DNA of 64,000 nt from Squalus acanthias (lineage: Eukaryota), in assembly GCA_030390025.1 (NCBI GenBank), contig CM059425.1:215636001-215700000 (forward strand), in the 5' to 3' direction. Shown in pieces: positions 23,651 through 35,800 of the stretch. Within the stretch, counting starts at the first letter, position 1; every line of letters begins with the position of its first letter. The notes under the pieces are model-generated. The model searched no databases, was not told the DNA's origin, and saw nothing but the letters and a program-made list of their open reading frames with translations. The translations under genes were made by a program, and so were the position numbers.

Positions 23651-24806
23651 ATGGGGGCTCTAGTTGCAGTCCCCCTTGGGGTGGAGCAAGACATGGAGAT
23701 GGAGCAGAGGCAGCCTAGAAGACAAGCTGCTCGCAGAGGGAGGAGGAGGAGGGGGAGAAGGGCTCTCAGCAGGAGGCCTTACCCACCTAGTGTCTTCAGG
23801 GAGCACTTCTCCTACCTGCACCTAAACCAGGAGCAGTGTGTTTGGCGTCTCCGCTTCACTAAGGAGGTGGTCACAGAACTCTGCCACCTCTTGGAACCAG
23901 ACCTGCAGCCTCAGAGCAGGGCGACGACGGCTCTGCCAGTGACCCTCAAGGTGACCGTGGCCCTGAATATTTTTTACCAGTGGATCCTTCCAGGCTGGAA
24001 CATGCGACATAGCAAACATCTCGCATTTCACCGTCCATCACTACATCCGGGAGGTCACAGAGGTTCTCTACACCAGGAGAAGCGACTTCATTGTCTTCTC
24101 TCTAAAAAGAGAGAAGCAGGAGGAGCGCACACGTGTGATTGCCAGGATTTTGGGCTTCCCCATGGTGCAAGGTGCCATTGACTGCACACACGTGGCTTTG
24201 CAGGCGCCGCATATCAATGGTGAGATGTTCCGTAACTGCAAAGGGTACCACTCACTTAATGTGCAGTTCATGTGTGGCCACGCTCAGCACATCATGATGG
24301 TGAATGCCCGGTATCCTGGCAGCAGTCATGATGCCTTCATCCTGTGCCAGTCCGCTGTGCCAGCAATCTTCCAGTCACCACGTCGAACCCAAGGGTGGAT
24401 GCTAGGCGAGAAGGGTTATCTGCTCTACACCTGGCTGATGACTCCCCTCCGCAACCCCACCACTCGTGGTCACCAATCATACAATGACAGCCATGCTGCC
24501 ACGAGGAACGTCGTTGAGCAGACCATTGGCGTGCTCAAGCAATGGTACCGCTGCCTTGACCGCTCAGGAGGTGCCCTCCAGTATTCGTCGGAGCAGGTGT
24601 CCCAATTCGCGGTGGTGTGCTGCATCCTCCACAACTTGGCCATCATGAGGGCGTAGCCCTTGCCACCACGGATTTCACGACCACCTCGGGAGGAGGAGGA
24701 AGAAGAAGGGGGAGAGGAAGAGGAGGAGGAAGGGAGGAGGCAGCCTGCAAATCCATGTTCCGGATGGGTTGTCTGTGAGCGCATCATTAGACTCCAGTTC
24801 CCCTGA
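23651..24806 (+). pseudogene. Harbinger DDE transposase (HARBI1-like), frameshifted
   Basis: [61 protein letters not shown] (second catalytic D changed to E), WLMTP, RNVVEQTIGVLK, CCILHN; frameshift near 23970; premature TAG at 24654; acidic tail. Confidence 0.9.
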
Positions 24807-24974
24807 TTGAAACCCCAGATCCCCATTGCTTAACACTTCTCCACCTTTATCTCTCTGTCATGGAACATCACAGCATCCTCTTGGCAACAATGCTGAAATG
24901 AAAGCCACCACAAAACAAACATTCCAAACATAATTTATAAATGGTTCATTCCAAAACTACATAACAAAGTCAAC

Positions 24975-27303
24975 CAATCACCATTGTGCATTCCCTTAGT
25001 GCCTGTCTTTCATGTGCCGTTGCCTATCCTAGTGCTCCTACGAAGTGCTGCCCCAGTGGCTGCAGCATGGCTGGTGGAAGGCTGCTGACTTGCAGTGGGC
25101 GAGACTGCAGATGGACATGGAGGACGACCTCAAGCAGCTCTGGGCCTAAAAGGCCCGGCTGTAGACTGCACCACCTTGGCATGAAAGGCAGCAGTCTGGG
25201 CTGGCTAGCTGGCTGATAGGTAACAGCAAGGGCACTGGCGGAGTGGCAGTGGTGGAAGTGCGAATGTTGTTATCCTGAGAGAGGACAGCAGGTTCATGCT
25301 TCATGGAGCCACTTCCACTCCCCTGGGGTGGTGCCTCAGCAATCCTAGTAATCTGTTGGAGGACAGATTGCTGGACTGCTGTGACACCCTGCAAGCCCCT
25401 TTCCACACTGGTAAACGCAGCCACAATGGTAAATGTCTGAGCTTGCGTGGCACCAAGCTGAGCCTGCATGAGAGTAGTCTGAGCTTGAGTGGCAGCACTC
25501 AGACTTGGGTCGGTTCCGCTTGTGCTGCAATGGAAGCTGAGACATCGCCCATCAGACCCAGCATCATGGTTGGGTCCATAAGTGCTGTAATGGAGTTGCC
25601 CATCACTTCCAGCACATGGACTCCAAGCTCTGTGCAAAGCCCTGTGCAAGGTTACAGCTGGACGTCTCCACGCTCGTTGGCTGTGACAACAGGCTCTCTG
25701 GCAGGCCTGCCAATGCATGAAGCATTTCTGTGTGCATGCTCATCACTTTTCTTCCGAAGGCTGCCCCATCGAAGTCCTCAACTAACTCCTCTGCAGCAGA
25801 ACTCGTGTGCGACCTCTCCCTCCAGGGAGCTGGCACCTGTGGTACTCTTTCCCCCGCCCTGGCTGCAGCACACTCATGCCCGGTGACTCACCACACGTAG
25901 ATCCCGCCTCTATACTATTCTCTAAAGTACGCGCTGTGCCATTTTCTGAGCTGGTGCCTGCGAGTGTCAGATTGAGTGACTCTATCTCTTCTCCATCACT
26001 CTCCTCCTCTTGGTCTTCCTGCATTGGCTGGGCTGGTTGGAGTTCTTGGGTATCTGAAAGGAGAAAGGCACAAGGGTCGGGTTGTGGTGAGGGGAGGGGG
26101 GGAAAGCAAGGTGTGCATGCTTACACCATCAGCAGCTTGTAAGTAAGAAGTGATTGTGGGATGAGGGGGAAGTGGAATGTGAGAAGGAGGATTGAGCATA
26201 TCATCATCATCAATGCTTTCAGCCTCGCTGATCACCACAGCCTCAGTGACAGCCCCACCAATGATGTCTAGCACTGTCTCCTCCAGCTGGGTCAGGTTCT
26301 GTAGCCGTGCCTGCCCCCTGACTGTTAGCTGCTGCTGGCGCCGGTTATGTGCCACCTGCAAGAGAGAGGGAAGTGTGTCCGTTACAATGTGTTTGGATGA
26401 TGTGCCTTTCATGGTTGAATAGCTGGCAGTGTGTGCAAGGTGTGAGATGTGGATGTGAGCTTGCAATAGTGGTAAGTGTATGAGGGTGAGGTGAAGCTAT
26501 GATTGTGAGTCATGATTGCTAGAGATTGTTGGTAGTTGAGTGATAGGGGTGTGGTGCATTGAGCAGTGCGAGAGACTAGAAACATAGAAACATAGAATCT
26601 AGGAGCAGGAGTAGGCCATTCGGCCCGTCGAGCCTGCTCCACCATTCAATACGATCATGGCTGATCATTCAAATCCAGTACCCTGTCCCTGCTTTAATCC
26701 CCACAGTACACATATCCCACCCTAGCCCCGTAACCCCACGTATTTAATTCCCCCTAACATATCCCATCCTATCCCCATAACCCCACATATTTAATTCCCC
26801 CCCCCCTAACACTAAGGGTCAATTTATCATAGCCAAATCAACCTAACCCGCACATTTTTGGACTGTGGGAGGAAACCGGAGCACCCGGAGGAAACCCACG
26901 CAGACATGGGGAGAATGTGCAAACTCCACACAGACAGTCACCCGAGGTCAGATTCGAACCCGGGTCTCTGGCGCTGTGAGGCACCAGTGCTAACCACTAT
27001 GCCACCGTGTTGCCCTAGTGGTGCAGGTGGTGGGATATGGCATTTGAAGATGCATTCACTGACTTTGACCACTCGTGTGAGGTCATTAAACGTCTTTCAG
27101 CACTGGATCCAGGTCCTGGGAGAAAGACAGGTGGCAGCAATCGCTTCAGCAATCTGTTCCCACTGCCTTCTTACAGTCAGTCTGGAGAGCCTCCTTGCCC
27201 CCTGTGGGTAGAGGACATGTCTCCTCCTTTCGACCCCCTGCACTAAAGCCTCCAGTGCTGCGTCTGGGAACATAGGTGCCCTTTCCCTGCCGTGTTGCGC
27301 CAT
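24975..27303 (-). pseudogene. Harbinger Myb/SANT-like DNA-binding protein gene, 3 exons (27303-27064, 26355-about 26200, 26053-about 24975)
   Basis: MAQHGRERAPMFPDAALEALVQGV...WEQIAEAI...RTWIQC*KTFNDLTR; acceptors CTCTCTTGCAG and CTCCTTTCAG; contains stops and frameshifts. Confidence 0.8.
26580..27014 (-). mobile_element. Full-length HE1/V-SINE-type SINE in intron 1 of the Harbinger Myb gene
   Basis: Near-identical to 6835-7242; CTAG duplicated at 26576-26579 and 27015-27018. Confidence 0.9.
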
Positions 27304-27664
27304 AGCTACCTTCCACTTTCCTTTGCAACAATAACAATGAGGTGGTTATTTCAAAAAGCGCCTTCACTTTAAGAAGAGCAGATTGTGTTTCACATTGCAG
27401 GCTAGCTTTAAATGCTGCTGCATTACTTTCAACAGGCATGGGCAGATCGCGCATCGTGATCCCCGGGCCCGTTTTCAGGCCTTATCCAATGTAGCCCGAA
27501 GTGTGTTTTGGGGAGGAGGGAGTGTGTTGTAGGGGTGGTGGAGGTTACAGAGACAGGGAGGAGTGAGGCCATGAACGGATATTAATACAAGGATGATAAA
27601 TTTAAATTTGAGGCTTTGGGGTGACCAGGAGCCAATGTAGGTCAGCAAGGACAGGGGTGATAGG

Positions 27665-27803
27665 CAACATTCACTCTCTGCCGGTCCCATGCAGCCCAGG
27701 CCCGGTTTTTCCAATGTTAAATTCCATGCATGCGCGAAACTGTGAATGGACCATGCAGACCCTTAAAGGAGCTGTGCACCCAAAAATAATTAGGGGGAAC
27801 ATG
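27665..27803. mobile_element. 139-bp hAT-type MITE
   Basis: 8-bp TSD GTGATAGG (27657-27664, 27804-27811); degenerate TIRs CAACATTCACTCT / AGGGGGAACATG; interrupts L2. Confidence 0.7.
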
Positions 27804-28799
27804 GTGATAGGTGAGTGGCACTCGGTGCAAGATAGGATACAGGAAGCAGAGTTTTAGATGAGCTGAAGTATATGGTGGGTGGAGGATGGGAGGCCAACCA
27901 GGAGAGCGTTGGAATATTTGAGCCTGGAGGTGATAAAGGCATGGATGAGGGTTTCAGCAGCAGATGAGCTGAGGCAGGAGTGGAGACAGGCAATGTTACA
28001 GAGGTGGAAGTAGGCAGTCTTTGTGATGGAGAGGTTATGGGGTCAGAAACTCAGCTCAGGGTTAAATAGGGTGTCGAGATTCTGAACAGTCGGCTTCAAC
28101 CTGAGACAATGGCCAGGAAGGGGGATGGAATCGGTGGAAAGGCTTCGGAGCTTGTGGCAGGGGCTGAAGGTGACAGCTTCAGTCTTACCAATGTTTAGCT
28201 GGAGGAAATTGTGGTTCCTCCAAGAATGGATGTTGGACAAACAGTCTGAAAACACAGAGGCAGTGAAGGGGACAATGCCATTTGTGACTTTAGTTAGGGC
28301 TATTTCAGTGCTGTGGCACAAGCAGAAACCTGATTGGAGCGATTTAAGCTGCAGGAAAGATAGGAACAGATTTGGGAGATGACAACACATTCAAAAACAT
28401 TGGAGAGGAACGAGAGGTTAGAGATGGAGTGGTAGTTTGCGAGAAGAGATGGTATTCAAGGGTGATTTTTGAGGAGAGGGGTGATGATAGTGGTGTTGAA
28501 AGGGAGGGGGACAATACCTGAAGAGTGGAAACCATTTACACTGTCAACTACTATGGAGAGCAGGAAGGAAAGTTGGCTGGTCAGCAGTTTAGTAGGAATA
28601 GTCAAGGGAGTAAGAGATGGGTCTCATGGATGAGATGAGCTTTGAGAGGTGATTAGGGGAAGGGAGAGAAACTAGAGTGAGATGCGGGTTCAAAGCTGGG
28701 TAGAGGTTGCCTGGAGAGTGGGTTCCTTGGTGGGTAAGAGGAAGGAGGAAAGCAGCAGAGGCAGCTAAACAGATGGCTGTTCACAAACGTGGCATCCCA

Positions 28800-29476
28800 T
28801 TAGACCTTGATCTGAGCTTCAGACCTCTCCATTACCAAGACCGCCTACTTCCACATCTGTAATATCGCCCGTCTCCACCCTTGCCACAGCCCATTTGTTG
28901 CTGAAATCCATGCTTTTGTTACCTCCAGACTTGACTATTCCAGAGCTCTCCTGGCTACCCTCCCATCTTCCATCCGCCATAAATTTATGCTCATTAAAAA
29001 CCCTGCTGCCTGTATCCTTACTCTCACCATCCCATTCACCCATTACCTCTGTGCTCGCTGACTTACATTGGTTCCAAGCCCCTAAACACCTCCATTTTAA
29101 AATTCTCATCCTCATGTTCAAATCCCTCCATGGTATTGCCCCTTTCTAGCTCTGTAACCTCCTCCAGCCCTACAACCCTCAGAGAACTCGGTGTTCCTCT
29201 AACTATGGCCTCGTCCACCCCCTCTCCCCCCTTGGTGGTCATGCCTTCAGCTGTCTAGGCCCTAAACTCTGGAATTCCCTCCCTAAACTCGTCCGCCTTT
29301 CCATCCTCCTTTAAGACCCTCCTTAAAACCTATCTCATTTGGCCAACCTTTTGGTCACCTGTCCTAATGTCGCCTTCTTTGGCTCGGTGTCTATTTTTTG
29401 ACTGATTATGCTCCTGTGAAGCACGTTGGGACATTTTACTATGTTAAAGGTGCTACATAAATGCAAGCTGTTGTTC
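28800..29476 (+). mobile_element. L2 LINE 3' end
   Basis: PITSVLADLHW, FKILILMFKSLHG; tail GCTACATAAATGCAAGCTGTTGTT. Confidence 0.85.
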
Positions 29477-29879
29477 TAATGACAAATAAGTCCGTAAGTT
29501 ACTCACACTTGTGAGGGTGGAGGGAGAAGGAGGAAAAAGATTGATGGAGACGGTTAATAGTGGTGAAAAGAAGCCAGGAGTTATCTTTGTTCCCCAAAAG
29601 CATAACACATGATTCAGGACATGAACACATTGTGTGGGGAACTCATGTCCTCTCATTCCAAACAATAACTTGTGGAACTCTTAACACCTTGAATCACAAT
29701 GCTGCCAATGTTCATGATTCACTCAGGAATCCTGCGATTTGCACAAGTTTTTTTTAAAAGTCACATGGGAAATTTAAATATCTAAAAAATTGTATTTAAA
29801 TCCCAAGCATGAATGATGAATATGGCAAGTGAATCACATTTTGGCAATGCCAGATACCAGGTCATAGTTAGCTTTGGCA

Positions 29880-31145
29880 GAGGCTCAGTAGTAGCACTTT
29901 TGCCTTTGAGTCAGAAGGTTCAAGTTGCACTCCAGGGACTTATGTACAAAATCTAGGCTGACACTACAGTGGAATACTGAGGGGGTTCTGCACTGATGGA
30001 GGCTTCGGGCAGAATTTTCATTGACCCGTGGAGGCGGGTTTGGAGGCATGTGGGGTGGGAAAATAGCAGATTCGGGGGTCCCAAACCCATCCAGCCCCCA
30101 ACCCGCCTCCATGCCAGTTTCACAGGAGGCGGGTACCCAACCTGTGCTGGGACCCACCTCCCCGAGGCGGGAAGGGGATTAGTGCCAATAAACTGCCTGT
30201 TAACAGGTAGTTAACAGGCAGTTTTTTGCCTAATCCCTATTTTTGGCCCTGAAGTGTGGGCTTCCCGACAGGTCCGAACCACGCCGATTTAGCGAGGCGG
30301 ACCGTCGGTCTGGAGGGCTTGGAGGGGTCGAGATGTCCGGTGTGCAGGTGAGTGATGGGTGCATGAGTGCAGAGGTAAGTGTGTTTGGTATGTGTAAAGT
30401 GTTTTAAGAACTTGTACTTACCTTAACTTTGTCCTGCAGGTTAAGGTGTCGGGAGTCCCTCACATCCACGGCACAGAAAGCAGAATGGCCGCGGAGCTGT
30501 CAAAAGCTGCAGTCTCTGCTTTCTGTGCTGGATTGATTTCTAACTGAGTCTAAGTACAGGGACTCACGTTAGAAATCATATTGTCAGCTTCACAGAGCTG
30601 TCAAACACTGAAATTTCATCTGTCAAAAGCTCTTGACAGATGAAATTTCAATGGCTGACGTCACCTGTATCCAAGGGACCCTTGATTGGCCTGCTAAGCC
30701 CACTGGGCGGGCTTAACAAGGTCAATCAAGGGAAAATACAGTGGGTTGGCCACAAGTCGATGGAGGCGGGACTACAACCCAAAAAGTGGGAGTCCCGCCT
30801 CCATCACGTCCCCATTGACAAAATCCAGCCCACCGTCTTTCGAATGAGACATTAAACTGAGGCCCCGTCTTCCCTCTCAGGTGGATGTAAAAGATCCCAT
30901 GACACTATTCCAAAGAACAGCAGGGGATTTCTCTGTTATCCTGACCAATATTTATCCCTCAACGAACATCATTAAAACAGATTATCTGGTCATTTATTTC
31001 ATTGCTTTTCGTGGGACATTGGCTCATGCATTTCTTATATTACAACAGTGACTACACATCAAAAGTACTTCAGTGGCTGTGAAGCGCTTTGGGACATCCT
31101 GAAGTCATCAAAGATGCTAGCTAAATACAAGCTCTTTCTTCTTTT
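29880..31145 (+). mobile_element. DeuSINE-like SINE interrupted by a Harbinger MITE
   Basis: tRNA-like head GGCTCAGTAGTAGCACT...GAGTCAGAAGGTT; Deu-domain split at GGAGG|...|CCGTCTTTCGAATGAGAC. Confidence 0.75.
30007..30831. mobile_element. Harbinger-type MITE with internal hairpins
   Basis: TIRs GGGCAGAATTTT / GGGCTGGATTTT, the same type as 41100-42889; cleanly interrupts a SINE. Confidence 0.8.
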
Positions 31146-31785
31146 GACAAACTAACAACTTCTATTCAAAAAAGATGTTGTATAATATAGGGGGTGAATT
31201 TCCTCAGAGCTTCTCTAGCCCTGCCACCATAATGTTGGCAGAATCCCTGGAACTTTTCCAAACTTTCCACCAAAGCTACGATGGTGAAGCGGGAGAAGAT
31301 CAAAGGAAATGAATCCCTATAGTATAGAACAGAATATGGCTGGAAGTGTGTAACAAGCCTTAAAAACAATTGAAGGCATCTGATAATGTCAAGAAACATG
31401 AGTGTTTTGCTGTGAAGAGTCTGTGGTTGAAACAAACCCAGGGGGAAAAATTCGGTATCGACCATTTTGGGGCGCTAACATCGGCCGGCCACAAACTTTA
31501 GCGCCCGCCACAAATTAGCGTCGGCGACCGCAAAATTCGGCTTTAGCGCCCCTAGAGGTGATTGGAGCGCTACACACTTCTCTTAGGGCGCTAACGTCGT
31601 GGTGCAGGGCGCTATCTCAGAGCGCTACTCAAGCTCAGGCGCTGTCAATTACCTAGTACTCAGACAGACTGGCACCTTCAAGTTCTTAAAGGGGAGGTTC
31701 AATCATGCTGCTCAGCCTCACCCTATATCATTGCTGCTTGTGACCTAGGCCTGCAAGGAGGTGGAATCCTTCAACCAGGAATCTC

Positions 31786-33662
31786 ATGGCTGCTCAGAGG
31801 CCCAGGGAGAGAGCTCACCAGTTCAGCGACCAGGCATTGGAGGCTCTGGTTGCAGCTGTGGAACGCCGACGGGCAGTGCTGTTCCCAGATACTGGCAGGT
31901 GGCCATTGCCGCAGGAGTTCGCAAGGAGGTGGCCCAGTACGTCTCGGCCAGAAGCGTGGTCCAAAGGACTCACACCCAGTGCCGCAAGAAGTTCAACGAC
32001 CTCACTCGGGTGGTCAGGGTGAGTACATGCTTGAAAAACCTCTACATCCCACCATCTCAACCTGACTCTGTGCACAGACGGTATAAACTGCCAAATCCCC
32101 AACACTCACCAACTATGCCCATCTACTAAAAGTCACATCCACATCTCACGCCTTGCAGACATTAACAGCTATTCAACTATGGTAGGCACACGTGCCAAAC
32201 ACATGGTTTCACACTCACTCACACGCTGTCCTTTTTCTTGCAGGCCAAGCTTGCTCATAACAGGAGGGAGCAGCAACGCATGGGAGGAGGTCAGGCGAAG
32301 CTGCACCCCCTCACACAGCTGGAGGAGCGAGTGCGCAGCATCATCGCGAGCCATACCGTGGGCGCTGTGGCAGTCGGAGAGGTCGTCCCCCTTGGGGACA
32401 GCAAAGGTATGTTCATCACCTCTCCCTCTTCTCTCATACCATTTCTCCCTCACAACACGAGCCCTTCCCACTTTCCATCTAAGTATACTGTCTCCATTCC
32501 TTGCTCCCTTCCTGCCCCCCTCCCCTCACGTTAAACCCACTCTTGTGCCTTACTGTTTTCAGATAATCAGCCACTATCTGAACAGCCTGTCCCTCAGCCT
32601 CCCTGTGGCAGCGATGCGGGAGAGGAGGAGGAACTGCCTGCGTCTCCCGAGGGCGAGACATCCGATAATGGGGCCATGCGGTCGCTGGAGGGGAGCAGAG
32701 GGAATTGCTCTGATGTGGGTGAAGCTCCGGGACCCAGTGGGCTGCAGCAACGCCATTGAGAAAGGGAAGCTCAGGGGCCATCTCCCCGGAGGGTGAGTGT
32801 GTGCACAAGCTCTGCTGCACAGGACTTCGATGAGGACCTCGAGGTCGAGGCGATGACCACACAGGCGATGAGCCTGCATACTGAGCTCATGGGTGCAATG
32901 TCAAGGGTGCCCAAGAGCATGGATGCACTGGCTAGGAGCGTGGAGGAGTCCACTGCCAGCACTGCTGTCAGCTGTGCGCAAACCTTCGAGCCCATCCTTG
33001 GCACTTTGCAGAGGATGGTTGATTTGCAGGGAGACCGTGGTGAACCAGACCCCATGCCACGTGTCATGGGTGAGGTGGCAGCATCTATTGCAGCACAGGC
33101 CGATGCAATGCAACGACTTAGTGCTGTAGTGGAGTTAATGGTTGGTGCCATCCAAACTCAGACTGCTTTCATGCAGTCTCAGATTGATGCTATGCAAGCG
33201 TTGACTGCTGCCATCCTCGCTGGGTTGCCCACAGTCCACCGGGGATCTGACAGTGCCGCAGCAGGCCAGCGATCTGTGCTCGAGCAGATTGCTCCAGATG
33301 CTGAGGTACTGCCCCGGGGGTGTGGCAGTGTGTCGATCGAGCAGGAAGGTGCTGTCCTCTCTCAGGATGACAGCATTCCTGCTCCCAGCAGTGCCACTCT
33401 GCCATTGCACTTGCCGCAGCCTGTAACTCAGCCATCCCAGACTGCTGCCGCCCATGCAGAGTTGCTGCAGTCTGCAGCTGGGCCCTCCAGGCCCATATCT
33501 GGTCGAGGGCGTCCTGCAAGGCCATCTGCAGTCTCTGGCTCCCAGACTCAGCAGCCTTCCACCAGCCTTGCTGCAGCCACTGGGGCCACATTACGGAGGA
33601 GCAGTAGGGTTGGGAGGGGGGAATTGCAAAGGGGAGGGAGATCATTGAGGAAGGGCGAGTAA
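31786..33662 (+). pseudogene. Harbinger Myb/SANT-like gene, 3 exons (31786-32018, 32244-32406, 32563-33662), nearly intact
   Basis: MAAQRPRERAHQFSDQALEALV...RTHTQCRKKFNDLTRVVR; canonical AGG|GTGAGT, TTGCAG|, AAG|GTATGT and TTTCAG| sites; one frameshift in exon 1, one TGA at 32757-32759; AATAAA overlapping the stop. Confidence 0.88.
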
Positions 33663-33964
33663 ATAAAATTTTAATAGCAAATGGGAGGAGTGTGTGTGCC
33701 AAAGTTGATGTGTTTGTAAATATATTGTTCAGTTTGGTAAGAAGTATTTCCGTTTGCTAAGAACCAGTTCTGTTTGTTCATAAATTGTTGTGTTTGTTTG
33801 TTATTGGTTGTGTTTAATAAGACAGAGTTGTGCAGAATAAAAAATTCTTATTTTGACGTTACAAATTTTGTCATGTTTCTCATTGGAACTTTGGCCGGTC
33901 ATAGGGGCTATGGGGCTGCGAGCTGGCTGTGGTTGTTCAGCCCAAATGCCATCTGCTGTCTCAT

Positions 33965-35800
33965 TTATTGGAAGTGCTGTGTAATGAGGGGTTCACGAAC
34001 GGCCTTTGCAGAAGCAACATTGAGTGGCTCCCTCCTACGTTGGTGCTGCTCCTCCTCCTCTTCATGCTCCTCCTCCGCCTCCTCTTCCTCCTCTCGAGGT
34101 GGACCTGCAATCCCTGGTGGCAATGGCTGGGTCCTCAGAATGGCCAGGTTGTGCAGCATGCAGCAATGAAAACGGAGACTCGATCAGGGGAGTACTTCAG
34201 GATTCCTTAAGCGTGGTCAAGACAGCGGAACCGTTGCTTTAGCATGCTGATAGTCTGTTCGATCAGGTTCCTGGTGGCGCTATGGCTCTCATTGTACGCG
34301 TGCTCAGCAGGAGTGTTGGGGTTACGGAGGGGTGTCATCAGCCAAGTGGCGAGTGGATAACCCTTGTCCCTGAGGAGCCAGCCGTGAGCTTGATGCGGTT
34401 GTTGGAACAGTGCTGGGACACCAGTCTGGCACAGGATGAATGCATCGTGGCTGCTGCCAGGATAGTGGGCATTGACGGTGAGGATGCACTGTCTGTGGTC
34501 GCACACCAACTGCACATTCAGAGAGTGGTAGCCTTTGCGGTTGCGGGCACCTCTGTATTGTGATGAGGTGCCCGCAATGCCACGTGGGTGCAGTAAATGG
34601 CACCCTGAACCATGGGGAAGCCCACTATCCTTGCGAAGCCACATGAGCGTTCATACTGTTTGTCTCTGGTCATGGGGAATGAGATTTATTTTTTATTCGT
34701 TTATGGGATGTGGGCATCACTGGCAAGGCCAGCATTTATTGCTAATTGCCCTTGGGAAGGTGGTGGTGAGCCACCTTCTTGAACAGTTGCAGTCCGTGTG
34801 GTGAAGGTACTCCCACAGTGCTGTTAGGTAGGGAGTTCCGCGATGATGAAGGATCAGTGATATACTTCTAAGTCAGGATGGTGTGTGACTTGGAGGGGAA
34901 CTTGGAGGTGGTGGTGTTCCCATGCGCCTGCTGCCCTTGTCCTTCTAGGTGGAAGAGGTCGCGGGTTTGGGAGGTGCTGCCGAAGAAGCCTTGGCGAGTT
35001 GCTGCAGTGCATCTTGTAGATGGTACACACTGCAGCCACGGTACGCCGGTGGTGGAGGGAGTGAATGTTTAAGGTGGTGGATGGGGTGCCAATCAAGCGG
35101 GCTGCTTTGTCCTGGATGGTGTCGAGCTTCTTGAGTGTTGTTGGAGCTGCACTCATCCAGGCAAGTGGAGAGCATTCCATCACACTCCTTACTTGTGCCT
35201 TGTAGATGGTGGAAAAGCTTTGGGGAGTCAGGAGGTGAGAATACCTAGCCTCTGACCTGCTCTTGTTGCCACAGTATTTATGTGACTGGTCCAGTTAAGT
35301 TTCTGGTCAATGGTGACCCCCAGGATGTTGATGGTGGGGGATTCAGCGATGGTAATGCCATTGAATGTGAAGGGGCGGTGGTTAGACACTCGCTTGTTGG
35401 AGATAGTCATTGCCTGGCACTTCTGTGGCGCGAATGTTACCTGCCATTTATCAGCCCAAGCCTGAACGTCGTCCAGGTCTTGTTGCATGCAGGCATGGAC
35501 TGCTTCATTATCTCGATGTACTCCCTTCTCCTTCTGTACAGAGCATCTGTCACCTCCCGGATGCAGCAATGGACGGCGAACTGTGAAATGTTTGCAATAT
35601 CCCCTGTTGAAGCCTGGAAGGAGCCGCTGGCGTAGAAATTGAGAGCGACTGTGACCTTCACTGCCACCGAGAGAGACGTCCTGGTCCTGAGCTGAGGCTG
35701 GAGCTTTGGCTGCAGGAGGTGGCAGAGCTCTGTGACCACCTCCTTGTTGAAGCGGAGCCTTCTAATGCACTGCTCCTCTGACAGATGAATGTATGAGCGG
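33965..35800 (-). pseudogene. Harbinger transposase (HARBI1-like), interrupted by a LINE
   Basis: [35 protein letters not shown] (first catalytic D changed to Y), [58 protein letters not shown]. Confidence 0.9.
34686..35514 (-). mobile_element. CR1/L2-group LINE 3' fragment (distinct family) inside the transposase
   Basis: QQDLDDVQAWADKWQVTFAPQKCQAM and ECSPLAWMSAAPTTLKKLDTIQDKAARLI; GAT duplicated at the junctions restores transposase EYISFPM. Confidence 0.85.

Larger units (their letters stand above)
23162..27499. mobile_element. PIF/Harbinger DNA transposon copy 1 (two convergent genes, decayed)
   Basis: HARBI1-like transposase (+) converging on a Myb/SANT gene (-); GC-rich subterminal regions; degenerate ends GGCCACGAAATTCGG and ...ATCCAATGTAGCCC; possible TSD AGT. 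Confidence 0.85.
22875..28780 (-). mobile_element. L2 LINE (3' end about 22875-23161, body about 27500-28780) split by Harbinger and hAT insertions
   Basis: FKTLLKIHLFDQA at the 3' end; NFLQLNIGKTEA and LQSGFCLCHSTEIALTKV in the body. Confidence 0.75.

Noticed and set aside
23651-24806. Host HARBI1 gene
   Set aside because: Frameshifted, multi-copy, paired with a Myb gene and inserted in an L2, so a transposon copy and not the domesticated gene
26858-27211. Recurrent peptide MDCGRKPEHPEETHAD... (also 15821 and 46423)
   Set aside because: Antisense translation of the SINE V-domain
32793-33662. 289-aa ORF as a novel stand-alone gene
   Set aside because: It is the distal part of exon 3 of the Harbinger Myb gene, with homologues in copies 1 and 4
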